This document shows positions 6,898-15,190 of a DNA stretch of 24,567 bases, piece by piece (position 1 is the first letter of the stretch; each line of letters opens with the position of its first letter). A program made the position numbers and the translations under genes. The notes under the pieces were generated by a model. It saw only the letters and a list, made by a program, of their open reading frames with translations. It was not told where the DNA came from and did not search any database. The DNA comes from Candidatus Eiseniibacteriota bacterium (GTDB lineage Bacteria > Eisenbacteria > RBG-16-71-46 > SZUA-252), in contig JANMQV010000021.1 of assembly GCA_031370645.1 (NCBI GenBank), forward strand, positions 1-24,567. The letters are read 5' to 3'.

Positions 6898-9618
6898 TCA
6901 TTTCAGAATCGTCACGTTCGCCGTGGACATCCACGACCCCGCGTTGATCCGAGCGAAGTAACGGCCCGAGGAAACCCCGACGCCGCGATCGCTCTTGCCG
7001 TCCCAGATCGCCGTGTGCGGTCCGACGGCCTGGAAACCGTTCACAAGCGTGCGAATCATGCGTCCGCTCACGTCATAGATACGCATCGTGACGTGCGCGC
7101 CGGCGCCCGCGCCCCGCGGAATGGCGTAGAGGAACTTCGCGGTCGGATTCGCCGGGTTCGGCCCCGAATTGGCGAAGAAGAACTCGTTCGGATCGATCTC
7201 CCGTCCGGAGCGGCCGGCCAAAGCGATCGGCGCGGTCACGGCCGCGGAGAAGACGTACCCCTGCCCCGTGCGAACCTGCGGCGGAGCGGTCGGCGCGAAC
7301 GCCGATGAGGTGATGTCCGAGACGAGAATCTTAAACGTGCGAGCCGCCTTGCTGTTCGAGTTCCCCGACGATGGCGGCACGACGAACGTGACCCGCGGAT
7401 TCAACCCCGAGAAGTCGTCGTTCGCGGCAACCAGGTCGCCGTTGTTGTCGAGCAAGAACATGACGAGATCCATGTTGTTGTTGCCGTCCTGCCCGACCGC
7501 CGCCGCGCTGGCGTCGATCATGTCGCCCGGTTTGGCCTGGACCGAGAAGAAGTCCTGGTCGCCGGCCGGCGAGTAGGTCTCCACACGGGACGCAACCGGC
7601 GTGGTCAGAGGCTTCGCCTCGTTGACGCGGCCGTTCGGCTCGTCGGCGTCTTCATTGAAGCCGACGATCGTCACGTTGGAAGTGAGGCTCCGGTTTCCGT
7701 TCTTGTCGATCGCCTGCACCGCCCAGATCGTCGGAATGGTGCTCGACGGCTGCGGGCTGTAGTGGAACGTGTTCGTTCCGGCTCCCGCCGTGTCCTTCAC
7801 CGCGTACGAGAAGTCGCTCACGACGCCGCGCGAGACGAGTTCGGTGCGGTCGAGCGAATTCGACGGCATGGAGAATCCGTCGGCGCGTGTGTTCGTCGGC
7901 GCGACGCGGTAGGAAAACTCCATCTGCGTGACGCGCCGATTCCCGCCGAACGAAGCGGGGTTCACGATCGGAACGCCGCTCTCCGGAAGCTGGCACGTCA
8001 TTTCGACCGCGTAATTGCGATCAATGGCGAGCGTCGTGGCGCCGGCGAGGCTGATGCTGTAGCTATTCGCGAAGAGCCCCTTATCCAGCTGGGTGAAGTC
8101 CATCCGGATGAAGGGGTAGTTGTTCGGGAAGCCCGGGGTTGTCTGTGTCGGGAATTGCAGTACCCAGAAAAAGGTCTTCCCCGCGTCGTTCACGGCCAAG
8201 TTGATCGGGACGATGTTATTCCCGTTCGGGTTGCCGTTGAACGGCGTCTGGCTGAAAAGTGGGTTCGCGATGTCGGGACTGCCCGTCGCCGGGTTCATCG
8301 GGCAGAGCTTGGCGCTCAGAAAAGGCGCCGGGATCCCGTTGAACGTGAAGGACGGGAATTGGATGTTCGAGATCGTGTAGGGCGGCGCGAACGGCGGATC
8401 GAAGCGAACCGCCAGATAGCCCGTGTTCCGGAAGGTTACGAAGTTCTCGAACGATCCGTGCTGCGCGATGAGAACGCGGCCCGGATAGGTGTTCGTCTGG
8501 AAAGCGATGCCTCCGCTCGTCGCGCCAGCCGTCACGGAGACCGGCGAGAAGCTGTTCGGCGGATCGGTGAAGCCGTTCGCGCTTTCCGACGCGCCGTTCC
8601 AGAATTCCGGTTCGTAGCCGATATCGAGACCGTTGTAGACGCCGCCGATGTTGGCATCGGCCGCCGTCGTGTTGATTCCGTCGAGCGGAACGATGCGGAT
8701 CGCATAGGTGCCCGGCGGAAGACCGCGGATCGAGAAGTCGCCCTGCCCGTTCCGAAGCGTGTACTCGCCCGAGATATTGCTGATGGAGTGGGCGGCGTCC
8801 GGAATGGCGAGGTTGTACGCTTCGACGTGCGCGCCGAAGATGGCCGAGCCGTTGAAGCCGTTCAGCACGGTGCCGCTGATGACGCCTGTCGTGGCGCGGA
8901 AATCAGTAGCTCCGACCGAAAGACCGCGAGCGAAGGACTCGGGGTAGACGTCCGAGAGTCCGGCCTGATCGTCGAGTTCCAGCGTGCGCTGCGAGATGTT
9001 GCTCGAAATGAACGGAATCATCGTCGCGCCAGTGACCGACGTGTGATCGAGTCCGAAATAGTGGCCGTATTCATGCGTGCAGACGGACTGGAGATCGACG
9101 CTCGTCTGACCCGCCGGCGCCGGCGTGAGGCCCGGAGACGACACGGAGGAGTAGAAGTCGCGATCGTTGAATACCATGTCGGCGTCCAGCGTCTGCCCGT
9201 CGACCAAGTTCACGATGGAACGAACGAAGGCAATGACCCCGCTGCCAGGAGCGAAATTCACGCCCGGGCCGTCGAAGAACATGCTGTTCTGTCCGTCGAA
9301 TGCGAGAGCCGGAGCAATCTCGGCCCCTCCCCACTGATGGACGTCCGCGGTGAAGTAGCACGTATTGATGTCCACCCACGACTGCGCGGAGGCCTGAACC
9401 GTGGCCAATGCCGTCGCGGGGGCAATGTCGTTATTGGTCGGATTGACGGCGCTCTTCAGAGGAAGATCGCTATCGAGCCAATGCGCCTGCGTGACCGGAC
9501 TCGCCGCGTCAACCTGGCGTCCGAGTCGGATGTAGGCCGCGGCCGGGTCGGCGTTCGCGACAACGAACGCGCCGACGAGGAGCGCGGTGACGATGAAGCG
9601 GAAATGATTCGTCTTCAT
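6898..9618 (-). CDS. Secreted matrixin (M10-like metzincin) metalloprotease with carboxypeptidase-regulatory-like, PPC-like and FlgD-Ig/CTD-like domains
   Basis: Signal peptide; HEYGHYFGLDH zinc motif (9075-9043); Met-turn ATMIP; LELDDQAGL helix; ISGTV...IRGLPPGTYAI; DQDFF...AANDD PPC-like segment; C-terminal PNP...IYDVSGRMIRTL...WDGKSDRG..VSSGRYF. SD AAGGAGG. Confidence 0.88.
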   Translation of the reverse strand: MKTNHFRFIVTALLVGAFVVANADPAAAYIRLGRQVDAASPVTQAHWLDSDLPLKSAVNPTNNDIAPATALATVQASAQSWVDINTCYFTADVHQWGGAEIAPALAFDGQNSMFFDGPGVNFAPGSGVIAFVRSIVNLVDGQTLDADMVFNDRDFYSSVSSPGLTPAPAGQTSVDLQSVCTHEYGHYFGLDHTSVTGATMIPFISSNISQRTLELDDQAGLSDVYPESFARGLSVGATDFRATTGVISGTVLNGFNGSAIFGAHVEAYNLAIPDAAHSISNISGEYTLRNGQGDFSIRGLPPGTYAIRIVPLDGINTTAADANIGGVYNGLDIGYEPEFWNGASESANGFTDPPNSFSPVSVTAGATSGGIAFQTNTYPGRVLIAQHGSFENFVTFRNTGYLAVRFDPPFAPPYTISNIQFPSFTFNGIPAPFLSAKLCPMNPATGSPDIANPLFSQTPFNGNPNGNNIVPINLAVNDAGKTFFWVLQFPTQTTPGFPNNYPFIRMDFTQLDKGLFANSYSISLAGATTLAIDRNYAVEMTCQLPESGVPIVNPASFGGNRRVTQMEFSYRVAPTNTRADGFSMPSNSLDRTELVSRGVVSDFSYAVKDTAGAGTNTFHYSPQPSSTIPTIWAVQAIDKNGNRSLTSNVTIVGFNEDADEPNGRVNEAKPLTTPVASRVETYSPAGDQDFFSVQAKPGDMIDASAAAVGQDGNNNMDLVMFLLDNNGDLVAANDDFSGLNPRVTFVVPPSSGNSNSKAARTFKILVSDITSSAFAPTAPPQVRTGQGYVFSAAVTAPIALAGRSGREIDPNEFFFANSGPNPANPTAKFLYAIPRGAGAGAHVTMRIYDVSGRMIRTLVNGFQAVGPHTAIWDGKSDRGVGVSSGRYFARINAGSWMSTANVTILK

Positions 9619-9633
9619 GGTGCTCGCCCTCCT

Positions 9634-10227
9634 TTACTTGTCGGTCGGTTCGATCTGCACCTTGCCGGCTTCATTGAGCTCGGTGCGCAGACCATCGAGG
9701 AACGACTGGAGCGGCTGCGCCTTACCGGCGTCCGCCTCCGTCGCCTTGCCACCCGGCGTCACGAACGTGAGTCCGCCGCCGATTTCGTTTCGGACGCTCT
9801 TCTGCCCCTGATCGTCCGACGTCACGGAGTACTTGCCCTGCTGGAGCCCCATGACCCACGGATAGCCGGCGACGTCCTTCTGCGTCAGGAAGAGCACGAC
9901 TTCCTCATTCTTCCGGAAGGTCGGGGTGCCGGGGACGATCGAAGCGATCCTGTCCACGGTGCCGCCAAGTTGCCGGATGGTGATGATTTCGTCCTTCTTC
10001 GGACCCTTCACGGGCTCGAGGACGCGAAGCGTGATGTAGGTGAAGATTTCCTTGTTGGCTTCGTAGCGGGCGGATGCGTCTTCAACGCGGGCGAGTACGA
10101 TGGATTCGGACTTCTTGGCGAGATCCTTGAGGGACATCTTTTCGACCGTGGTGGCGGCAGCGTAGCTCGCGGTGATCATTGCGAGCGCGGCAATTGCCAG
10201 CACGACCGTTCGACGGACGCGATTCAT
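9634..10227 (-). CDS. Secreted uncharacterised protein, candidate partner (pro-domain/inhibitor-like) of the matrixin
   Basis: Sec signal peptide (..YAAA|TTVEKMSLKDLAKKSESIVLARV), beta-rich core with GGTV and F-x-x-x-EEVVLFL; SD AGGAG; 15 nt from the matrixin start. Confidence 0.75.
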   Translation of the reverse strand: MNRVRRTVVLAIAALAMITASYAAATTVEKMSLKDLAKKSESIVLARVEDASARYEANKEIFTYITLRVLEPVKGPKKDEIITIRQLGGTVDRIASIVPGTPTFRKNEEVVLFLTQKDVAGYPWVMGLQQGKYSVTSDDQGQKSVRNEIGGGLTFVTPGGKATEADAGKAQPLQSFLDGLRTELNEAGKVQIEPTDK

Positions 10228-10453
10228 CGCCAGTTCTCCTGAGGTGCGTCGTCAGTTCGGCGGACCGGGATCCGTTGGCCCGCCCGATGGCTTGCGTGGC
10301 GTGAACGGCAAGCAGAGGTCGTCGTGGGCTCGGTTTTCACCCCCCTTGGTGGCCGATTGGCCGAGACTTGAGATGAACCTTCTCGGAGCAGGTCGCGTGT
10401 GAGGAACTGCGTGATCCGACCCAGGATCAACGCTAGACCTGAACAAGAGCGGA

Positions 10454-10482
10454 AGTATATCAAATTGTGGGAGTTAAGTCAA
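10454..10482 (-). promoter_or_regulatory. Near-consensus sigma70 promoter for the secreted-protein operon
   Basis: TTGACT (10482-10477), 17-nt spacer, TATACT (10459-10454), with extended TG; an AT-rich island in GC-rich DNA. Confidence 0.85.
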
Positions 10483-10549
10483 GCGGCTTGATGCTTCATT
10501 TGCGGCTCCGAACACGGGCCGTCCCCGCCGGTGGATAAACTTTTCCGCC

Positions 10550-11434
10550 TCAGTCGGTCGACGCGAGTCGTTCCCGGTGGCGCTCCCGGATCGAATGCGG
10601 GGGCGATCGGAGATCCCACACCAGGCCGACCCACGAAAGTCCGACGAGCCCGTAGTACGTGAGATCGATCTCCCACCAATAGAAGCCCTGTCGCGTGGAG
10701 CCGGGATAGTAGTGATGGTTGTTGTGCCATCCCTCGCCCAGCGTGAGGAGCGCGAGCAGCCAATTGTTCCGGCTGTCGTCGGCCGTCTCGTAACGACGTC
10801 CCCCCACGACATGCGCCACCGAGTTGATCGTATAGACCGCGTGATAGAGCACCACGGTCGAGATCAGAAATCCCCAGACGAACATCTGCCATCCGCTCGT
10901 CCCGAGCCCCGGCGCCACCGCCTGCAAGAACGCTCCGAGCCCGTACGTGAAGAAGGCGAGCAGAAGCGGCACGATGTAGTGGTGGCGGTCGAGGAAGACG
11001 AGTTCCGGAAAGCGCGTCAGGTCGCGCACGGAGCGGAAGTTCGTGACGGCGTTCTCACGCGTCATGAACCACCCCATGTGGCTCCAGAAGAATCCGATCT
11101 GGCGCGGCGAGTGAATGTCCTCCGCCTCGTCCGAATGGCGGTGATGATGGCGGTGGTGCGCGGCCCACCAGAGCGGACCCCGCTGAATGCACGAATTCCC
11201 CATGACGGCGGCCACGAATTGAAACCAACGCGACGTGCGGAACGTGCGGTGCGAGAAATAGCGGTGATAGAACGCGGTGACGGCGAACATGCGGAAAAAG
11301 TAGAGCGCGGCCGCGACGGCGACCGCCACAGGACTCCAGCCGACCCAGATGACGGCGAAGCAGCCGAGGTGGAGTGCCGCGTAGGGGATGAGTCCGACCC
11401 AGTCGATGGTGCGGGGCGCGGCTAGAGTGGCCAT
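10550..11434 (-). CDS. Membrane fatty-acid (delta-9 acyl-CoA/acyl-lipid type) desaturase
   Basis: Three His boxes HRYFSH, HRHHH, HNNHH, plus HSP, INSVAH and GEGW; hydrophobic segments. Start ATG 11434 with GAGG upstream. Confidence 0.92.
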   Translation of the reverse strand: MATLAAPRTIDWVGLIPYAALHLGCFAVIWVGWSPVAVAVAAALYFFRMFAVTAFYHRYFSHRTFRTSRWFQFVAAVMGNSCIQRGPLWWAAHHRHHHRHSDEAEDIHSPRQIGFFWSHMGWFMTRENAVTNFRSVRDLTRFPELVFLDRHHYIVPLLLAFFTYGLGAFLQAVAPGLGTSGWQMFVWGFLISTVVLYHAVYTINSVAHVVGGRRYETADDSRNNWLLALLTLGEGWHNNHHYYPGSTRQGFYWWEIDLTYYGLVGLSWVGLVWDLRSPPHSIRERHRERLASTD

Positions 11435-12312
11435 GGTGCGACCTCGAGGTGCGTCGTCGTGGTGTCTTGAATCGCGAGAACCTCCACGGGATTTTGTAAG
11501 GCTTCCGTCGTCAGGTAGCCCATGCCCAAGCCGCGTCCCGTTCCCGGCTCGAGCGCCGTGCTGGTGATGAATCCGGAGGGCGCGCCTCCCGCCCTGAGTT
11601 CGGTGCCCCGCGGCAGAATGCCTGCCTGCGCGGAGTAAAGAAAGCCGATTCGTCGGCGCCGGACCGCTCCGCGATGTGTCGTGCGCGCCACGACCTCCTG
11701 GCCCACGTAACATCCCTTGTCGAGTGAGATCGCTTCGGGGAGAGAAAGCTCGGTCGCGATGCGATCGGAATCGAAGTCGACCCCGGCCCGTGGAATTCCC
11801 GCGGAGATTCTCCACGCTTCGAGCCATTCGGGCGATGCCGCTGAGGCGAGTAGGCTCATCACTCCACCTGGCTTCTCCGCTCCCGGCGGAAGAAGCAGGA
11901 ACGTGACTTGGGCGGCATGGATCGCTTCCGCGCCGGGGAGTGCCGTCGCCCAGTTGCGCGCGACGGCACTTCGATCGCGTCCGGCGACTCCGTAGAGACG
12001 GGGCATCCCGTTTGGCCCTGTAATGGTGACGTCCTCCATGACCCTCAGGCGCTCTAGATGAGGGAGAAGCGCTTCCCGGCCACCCGGCTCCACGAAGAGC
12101 GTCACGCCCTCCCCTTCCCGATCCAGAACCACCCAGGCCAACGCCACCGGCCGGCCCTTCTCCGACAGGAAGAGGGTCGGTGATGCGACATCGGGGCGAA
12201 AGGTCGTTATGTCTTGTGTTCCAACGCCTTGCAGGAACTCACGGGCGTCCGGCCCGGTGAGCCGAACGAGGGCCCAGTCGTAGAAATCGAGGAGGAATGC
12301 GGGTCGATCCAT
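11422..12312 (-). CDS. ygfZ: YgfZ/GcvT-family folate-binding Fe-S repair protein
   Basis: GPDAREFLQG..TQD and signature KGCYVGQE. Start ATG 12312; the longer ORF-track extension overlaps the arsR promoter. Confidence 0.88.
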   Translation of the reverse strand: MDRPAFLLDFYDWALVRLTGPDAREFLQGVGTQDITTFRPDVASPTLFLSEKGRPVALAWVVLDREGEGVTLFVEPGGREALLPHLERLRVMEDVTITGPNGMPRLYGVAGRDRSAVARNWATALPGAEAIHAAQVTFLLLPPGAEKPGGVMSLLASAASPEWLEAWRISAGIPRAGVDFDSDRIATELSLPEAISLDKGCYVGQEVVARTTHRGAVRRRRIGFLYSAQAGILPRGTELRAGGAPSGFITSTALEPGTGRGLGMGYLTTEALQNPVEVLAIQDTTTTHLEVAPWPL

Positions 12313-12343
12313 GAGCCAGGACCATACCATTCGCGGATACCCC

Positions 12344-12372
12344 TTGACGCAGAGAGACTTAAATCGTATATT
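12344..12372 (+). promoter_or_regulatory. sigma70 promoter of arsR-arsM
   Basis: TTGACG (12344-12349), 17-nt spacer, TATATT (12367-12372); SD AAGGAGG before ATG 12399. Confidence 0.85.
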
Positions 12373-12379
12373 TACGATT
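12362..12379. promoter_or_regulatory. Probable ArsR operator (7-4-7 inverted repeat)
   Basis: AATCGTA-tatt-TACGATT perfect inverted repeat covering the -10 and start site of the arsR promoter. Confidence 0.75.
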
Positions 12380-12398
12380 AACGATGAAAGGAGGCGCG

Positions 12399-12749
12399 AT
12401 GGGTACCCAGAAGTCGATTTCAATCCCGCTCGGCCCGCTCGAGCGAGAACCGGACGGGAACGACGATGAGCTCGCACGGATGGCGAAAGCGCTCGGGCAT
12501 CCCGCGCGTGTCGCGATCGTGAGGCTTCTTCTCGAAGGCGGTGAGTGCGTCTGCGGCGGCATCGTCGATCGATTGCCGCTCGCGCAGGCGACCGTGTCGC
12601 AGCATTTGAAGGTGCTGAAGGAAGCAGGCTGGATCAGCGGTGAAGTGGACGGTCCGCGCGTTTGCTACTGCGCCCGTCCCGAAGCACTACGGCGGTTCAT
12701 TGAATTGGCTCGAGGGTTGGAGCCGGCTACGGAAAGGAGCAAGTCATGA
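12399..12749 (+). CDS. arsR: ArsR/SmtB-family metalloregulator
   Basis: [16 protein letters not shown] (Cys pair in the alpha3 region), [15 protein letters not shown]; upstream of arsM. Confidence 0.92.
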   Translation: MGTQKSISIPLGPLEREPDGNDDELARMAKALGHPARVAIVRLLLEGGECVCGGIVDRLPLAQATVSQHLKVLKEAGWISGEVDGPRVCYCARPEALRRFIELARGLEPATERSKS

Positions 12750-13537
12750 GCACGATCGACATTCGGGAAACGGTGCGCGAGCGGTACGGCAAGGTGGCGG
12801 AGACGACGGGCGGCGAGCCGCAGGGTTGTTGCGGGAGCGACTGCGGATGCGGCTCGACCGTGTCGCTCGAGGAACTCGGGTACAGCGCGGAACAGCGCGC
12901 CGGTGTCCCCGAGGGGGCGGACTTGGGGCTTGGCTGCGGCAATCCGCTCGGACACGCCGCGGTGAGGCCGGGGGAGACAGTGCTCGATCTCGGTTCGGGC
13001 GCCGGAATCGACGCCTTTATCGCGTCGCGCGAGGTCGGGCCGACCGGCCGCGTCCTTGGCGTCGACATGACCGCCTCGATGATCTCCCGCGCGCGTAGTA
13101 ACGCCGTCAAGGGGGGCTTCACCAACGTGGAATTCCGCCTCGGCGAGATCGAGAACCTTCCGGTCGCCGACGGCACCGTGGACGTCGTGATCTCCAACTG
13201 CGTCGTGAATCTCTCGCCCGACAAGCCGCGCGTTTTTCGCGAAACGCTTCGCGCGCTCCGGCCCGGTGGCCGGGCGGTGCTGAGCGATCTCGTGTTGGTC
13301 GCTCCCCTTCCCGAGGCGGTGCGCACGTCGGTTGAAGCCTACGTCGGCTGCGTGGCGGGCGCGTCGATGAAGGACGAGTACGTTTCGCTCATGCGGGAGG
13401 CCGGATTCGAGAAGGTCGAGGTGTTGGAGGAGAAGAAGTACGGCCCCTCGGCGTTCGGCCCCGATGAGAAGGCGGCGTCTCAGACACTCGAGGCCGTTCG
13501 TTCGGTGAAGGTCCGGGCGTACAAGCCCGCGGCGTAG
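12746..13537 (+). CDS. arsM: Arsenite S-adenosylmethionine methyltransferase
   Basis: N-terminal [21 protein letters not shown] motif [28 protein letters not shown] overlap with arsR. Confidence 0.93.
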   Translation: MSTIDIRETVRERYGKVAETTGGEPQGCCGSDCGCGSTVSLEELGYSAEQRAGVPEGADLGLGCGNPLGHAAVRPGETVLDLGSGAGIDAFIASREVGPTGRVLGVDMTASMISRARSNAVKGGFTNVEFRLGEIENLPVADGTVDVVISNCVVNLSPDKPRVFRETLRALRPGGRAVLSDLVLVAPLPEAVRTSVEAYVGCVAGASMKDEYVSLMREAGFEKVEVLEEKKYGPSAFGPDEKAASQTLEAVRSVKVRAYKPAA

Positions 13538-13583
13538 GCGCCCGCCGCGAAAGAGTCACAGTCACAGCGCGGCGGCTGCGGCA

Positions 13584-14159
13584 CTACTCGGCGACGCGGG
13601 CGCGGCCGTCGCCGTCGAAGACGATGACCGAATGAACCGGAGCGAGCGCGTTGAGTTTGGCGCGTCCACCTAGGTAGTCGAGTTCCACGATAAACGCGAA
13701 GGCGATCGGCGTGCAGCCGGTCGCCTTCGTCAATTGATACGCTGCCTCCGCGGTGCCGCCGGTCGCGATGACGTCGTCCGCGATGAGGACCCGCGTCCCT
13801 GGCCGGAGGAGATCGGCGAGAGTTTCGAGCGCCGCGCGTCCGTACTCGAGATCGTATTCCTCCTTGAAGGTCTTCCCCGGTAATTTCCCCGATTTCCGCG
13901 CGAGAAGAATTCCACGGTTCCAATGCGCGCCCAGTGCCGCCGCGACCAGAAATCCGCGCGCCTCGATGCCGAGGATGAGATCGGGGGGTGCGGCGTCGAA
14001 CGGCTTCGCGAGCGCGCGCACGGTCCGAGCCCACGCGCCCGCATCCGCCCAGAGCGGCGTGAGGTCGCGAAAGAGAACGCCCTTCTTCGGCCAATCGTGA
14101 ACGGGGCGCACCCAGTCGGAGAGCGGCGCGTCGGAGCGAGCGGGCGGGGTCCACATCAT
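13584..14159 (-). CDS. apt: Adenine phosphoribosyltransferase
   Basis: DWPKKGVLFRDLTPL, GIEARGF, RKSGKLP, YDLEYG and PRPP motif IADDVIATGGT. Confidence 0.95.
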   Translation of the reverse strand: MMWTPPARSDAPLSDWVRPVHDWPKKGVLFRDLTPLWADAGAWARTVRALAKPFDAAPPDLILGIEARGFLVAAALGAHWNRGILLARKSGKLPGKTFKEEYDLEYGRAALETLADLLRPGTRVLIADDVIATGGTAEAAYQLTKATGCTPIAFAFIVELDYLGGRAKLNALAPVHSVIVFDGDGRARVAE

Positions 14160-14166
14160 GGCCGCG

Positions 14167-14196
14167 AGGCTACCTGCCGGAGCGCCGCGGGCGCAA
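14167..14196 (-). promoter_or_regulatory. Putative leaderless promoter of apt
   Basis: TTGCGC, 18-nt spacer, TAGCCT, 7 nt, ATG; no SD upstream. Confidence 0.5.
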
Positions 14197-14236
14197 TTCC
14201 TCTCTGGGGGTAGAGGGCATCGAGTAGACTCGGAGC

Positions 14237-15181
14237 ATGCGGATCTTGATCGGCGGCGCGAGCGGAATGATCGGCGGCGCGCTGATGCGTCGCCTCACCG
14301 AAGGCGGGCATGAAGTGGTGAGGCTCGTTCGCGACCGTGGTACTACCGGTGGTGGCGGCGACGGCGGAGCGCCACGCGCCAGCACGAACGCGGGGACCAT
14401 TCCCTGGGATCCCGATCGCGGCATCCTCGAACCATCCGGACTTCGCGGCATCGACGTGGTGATGCACCTCGGCGGCGTCAGCATCGCTTCGGGCCGCTGG
14501 ACCACCGAACGAAAGCAGTTGATCCTCGAGAGTCGCGTCCGCTCCACACTCCTTCTCGCGGAACGAATCGCCGCCGCCCCTGCTTCCAATCGACCACGCG
14601 CATTCGTGCTCGCCTCGGCCACCGGCTATTACGGAAACCGCGGCGACGAAGCGCTTCCTGAGACGAGCGGGCCAGGCGAAGGATTTCTAGCCGACGTCTG
14701 CCGCGCGTGGGAAGCCGCGGCCGCTCCCGCCTCGCGTGCGGGTACGCGCGTCGCCCACGCGCGGACCGGCATGGTGTTGAGCCGAGAGGGGGGCGCGCTC
14801 GACGCGATGCTCCTCCCCTTTCGGCTCGGACTCGGCGGTCCGCTCGGTAGCGGCCGGCAGTGGTGGCCGTGGATCTCGATCGACGATGCGGCCGCGGTCT
14901 TCGCGCGCCTGGCCGAAGACGATTCGCTGTCGGGGCCGGTAAACGCGGTGGCGCCCGAACCGGTCACCTGCGCCGCCTTCGCGCGAGCGCTCGGGAGGGC
15001 CCTCCATCGCCCGGCCATTCTTCCTGCTCCTGCCTTCGCGCTCCGACTCCTGCTCGGCGAGATGGCCGACGCGCTCCTCCTCGCCAGCACGAAGGTCATC
15101 CCCGAGCGGCTCACGCGCGCCGGATTCGCATTCCAGCACGCGCGACTCGACGACGCGCTCCACGCGGCGCTCTTGCGCTAG
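14237..15181 (+). CDS. TIGR01777-family NAD-dependent epimerase/oxidoreductase (YfcH-like)
   Basis: GGASGMIG, RWT...I.ESRV, SATGYYG, FLADVCRAWE, LGGPLGSGRQWWPWI, GPVNAVAP, LGEMA. Confidence 0.93.
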   Translation: MRILIGGASGMIGGALMRRLTEGGHEVVRLVRDRGTTGGGGDGGAPRASTNAGTIPWDPDRGILEPSGLRGIDVVMHLGGVSIASGRWTTERKQLILESRVRSTLLLAERIAAAPASNRPRAFVLASATGYYGNRGDEALPETSGPGEGFLADVCRAWEAAAAPASRAGTRVAHARTGMVLSREGGALDAMLLPFRLGLGGPLGSGRQWWPWISIDDAAAVFARLAEDDSLSGPVNAVAPEPVTCAAFARALGRALHRPAILPAPAFALRLLLGEMADALLLASTKVIPERLTRAGFAFQHARLDDALHAALLR

Positions 15182-15190
15182 AATCGGAAC

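Noticed and set aside
7762-10242. 826-aa + strand ORF, and similar long ORFs at 20295-21770, 18833-20017, 1675-2910 and 14687-15859
   Set aside because: Antisense shadows of well-supported genes, expected from high-GC codon bias; Arg-rich with no motifs.
10224-10463. 79-aa - strand ORF whose TGA overlaps the ATG of the 197-aa gene (possible leader peptide)
   Set aside because: Its TTG start lies inside the promoter, upstream of the predicted TSS, and the internal GTG directly abuts the G-run, leaving no SD spacing.
10530-10538. DnaA-box-like TTATCCACC on the - strand
   Set aside because: Single copy with one mismatch; no box cluster or origin-associated genes.
13542-13575. CCGCCGCG...CGCGGCGG stem with a duplicated AGTCAC in the loop between convergent arsM and apt
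   Set aside because: 18-nt loop and no U-tract on either strand; too weak to call a terminator or an insertion scar.
14330-14400. Gly/Thr-rich insert (RGTTGGGGDGGAPRAST) in the TIGR01777 protein
   Set aside because: In-frame low-complexity loop at a variable position; no evidence of function.
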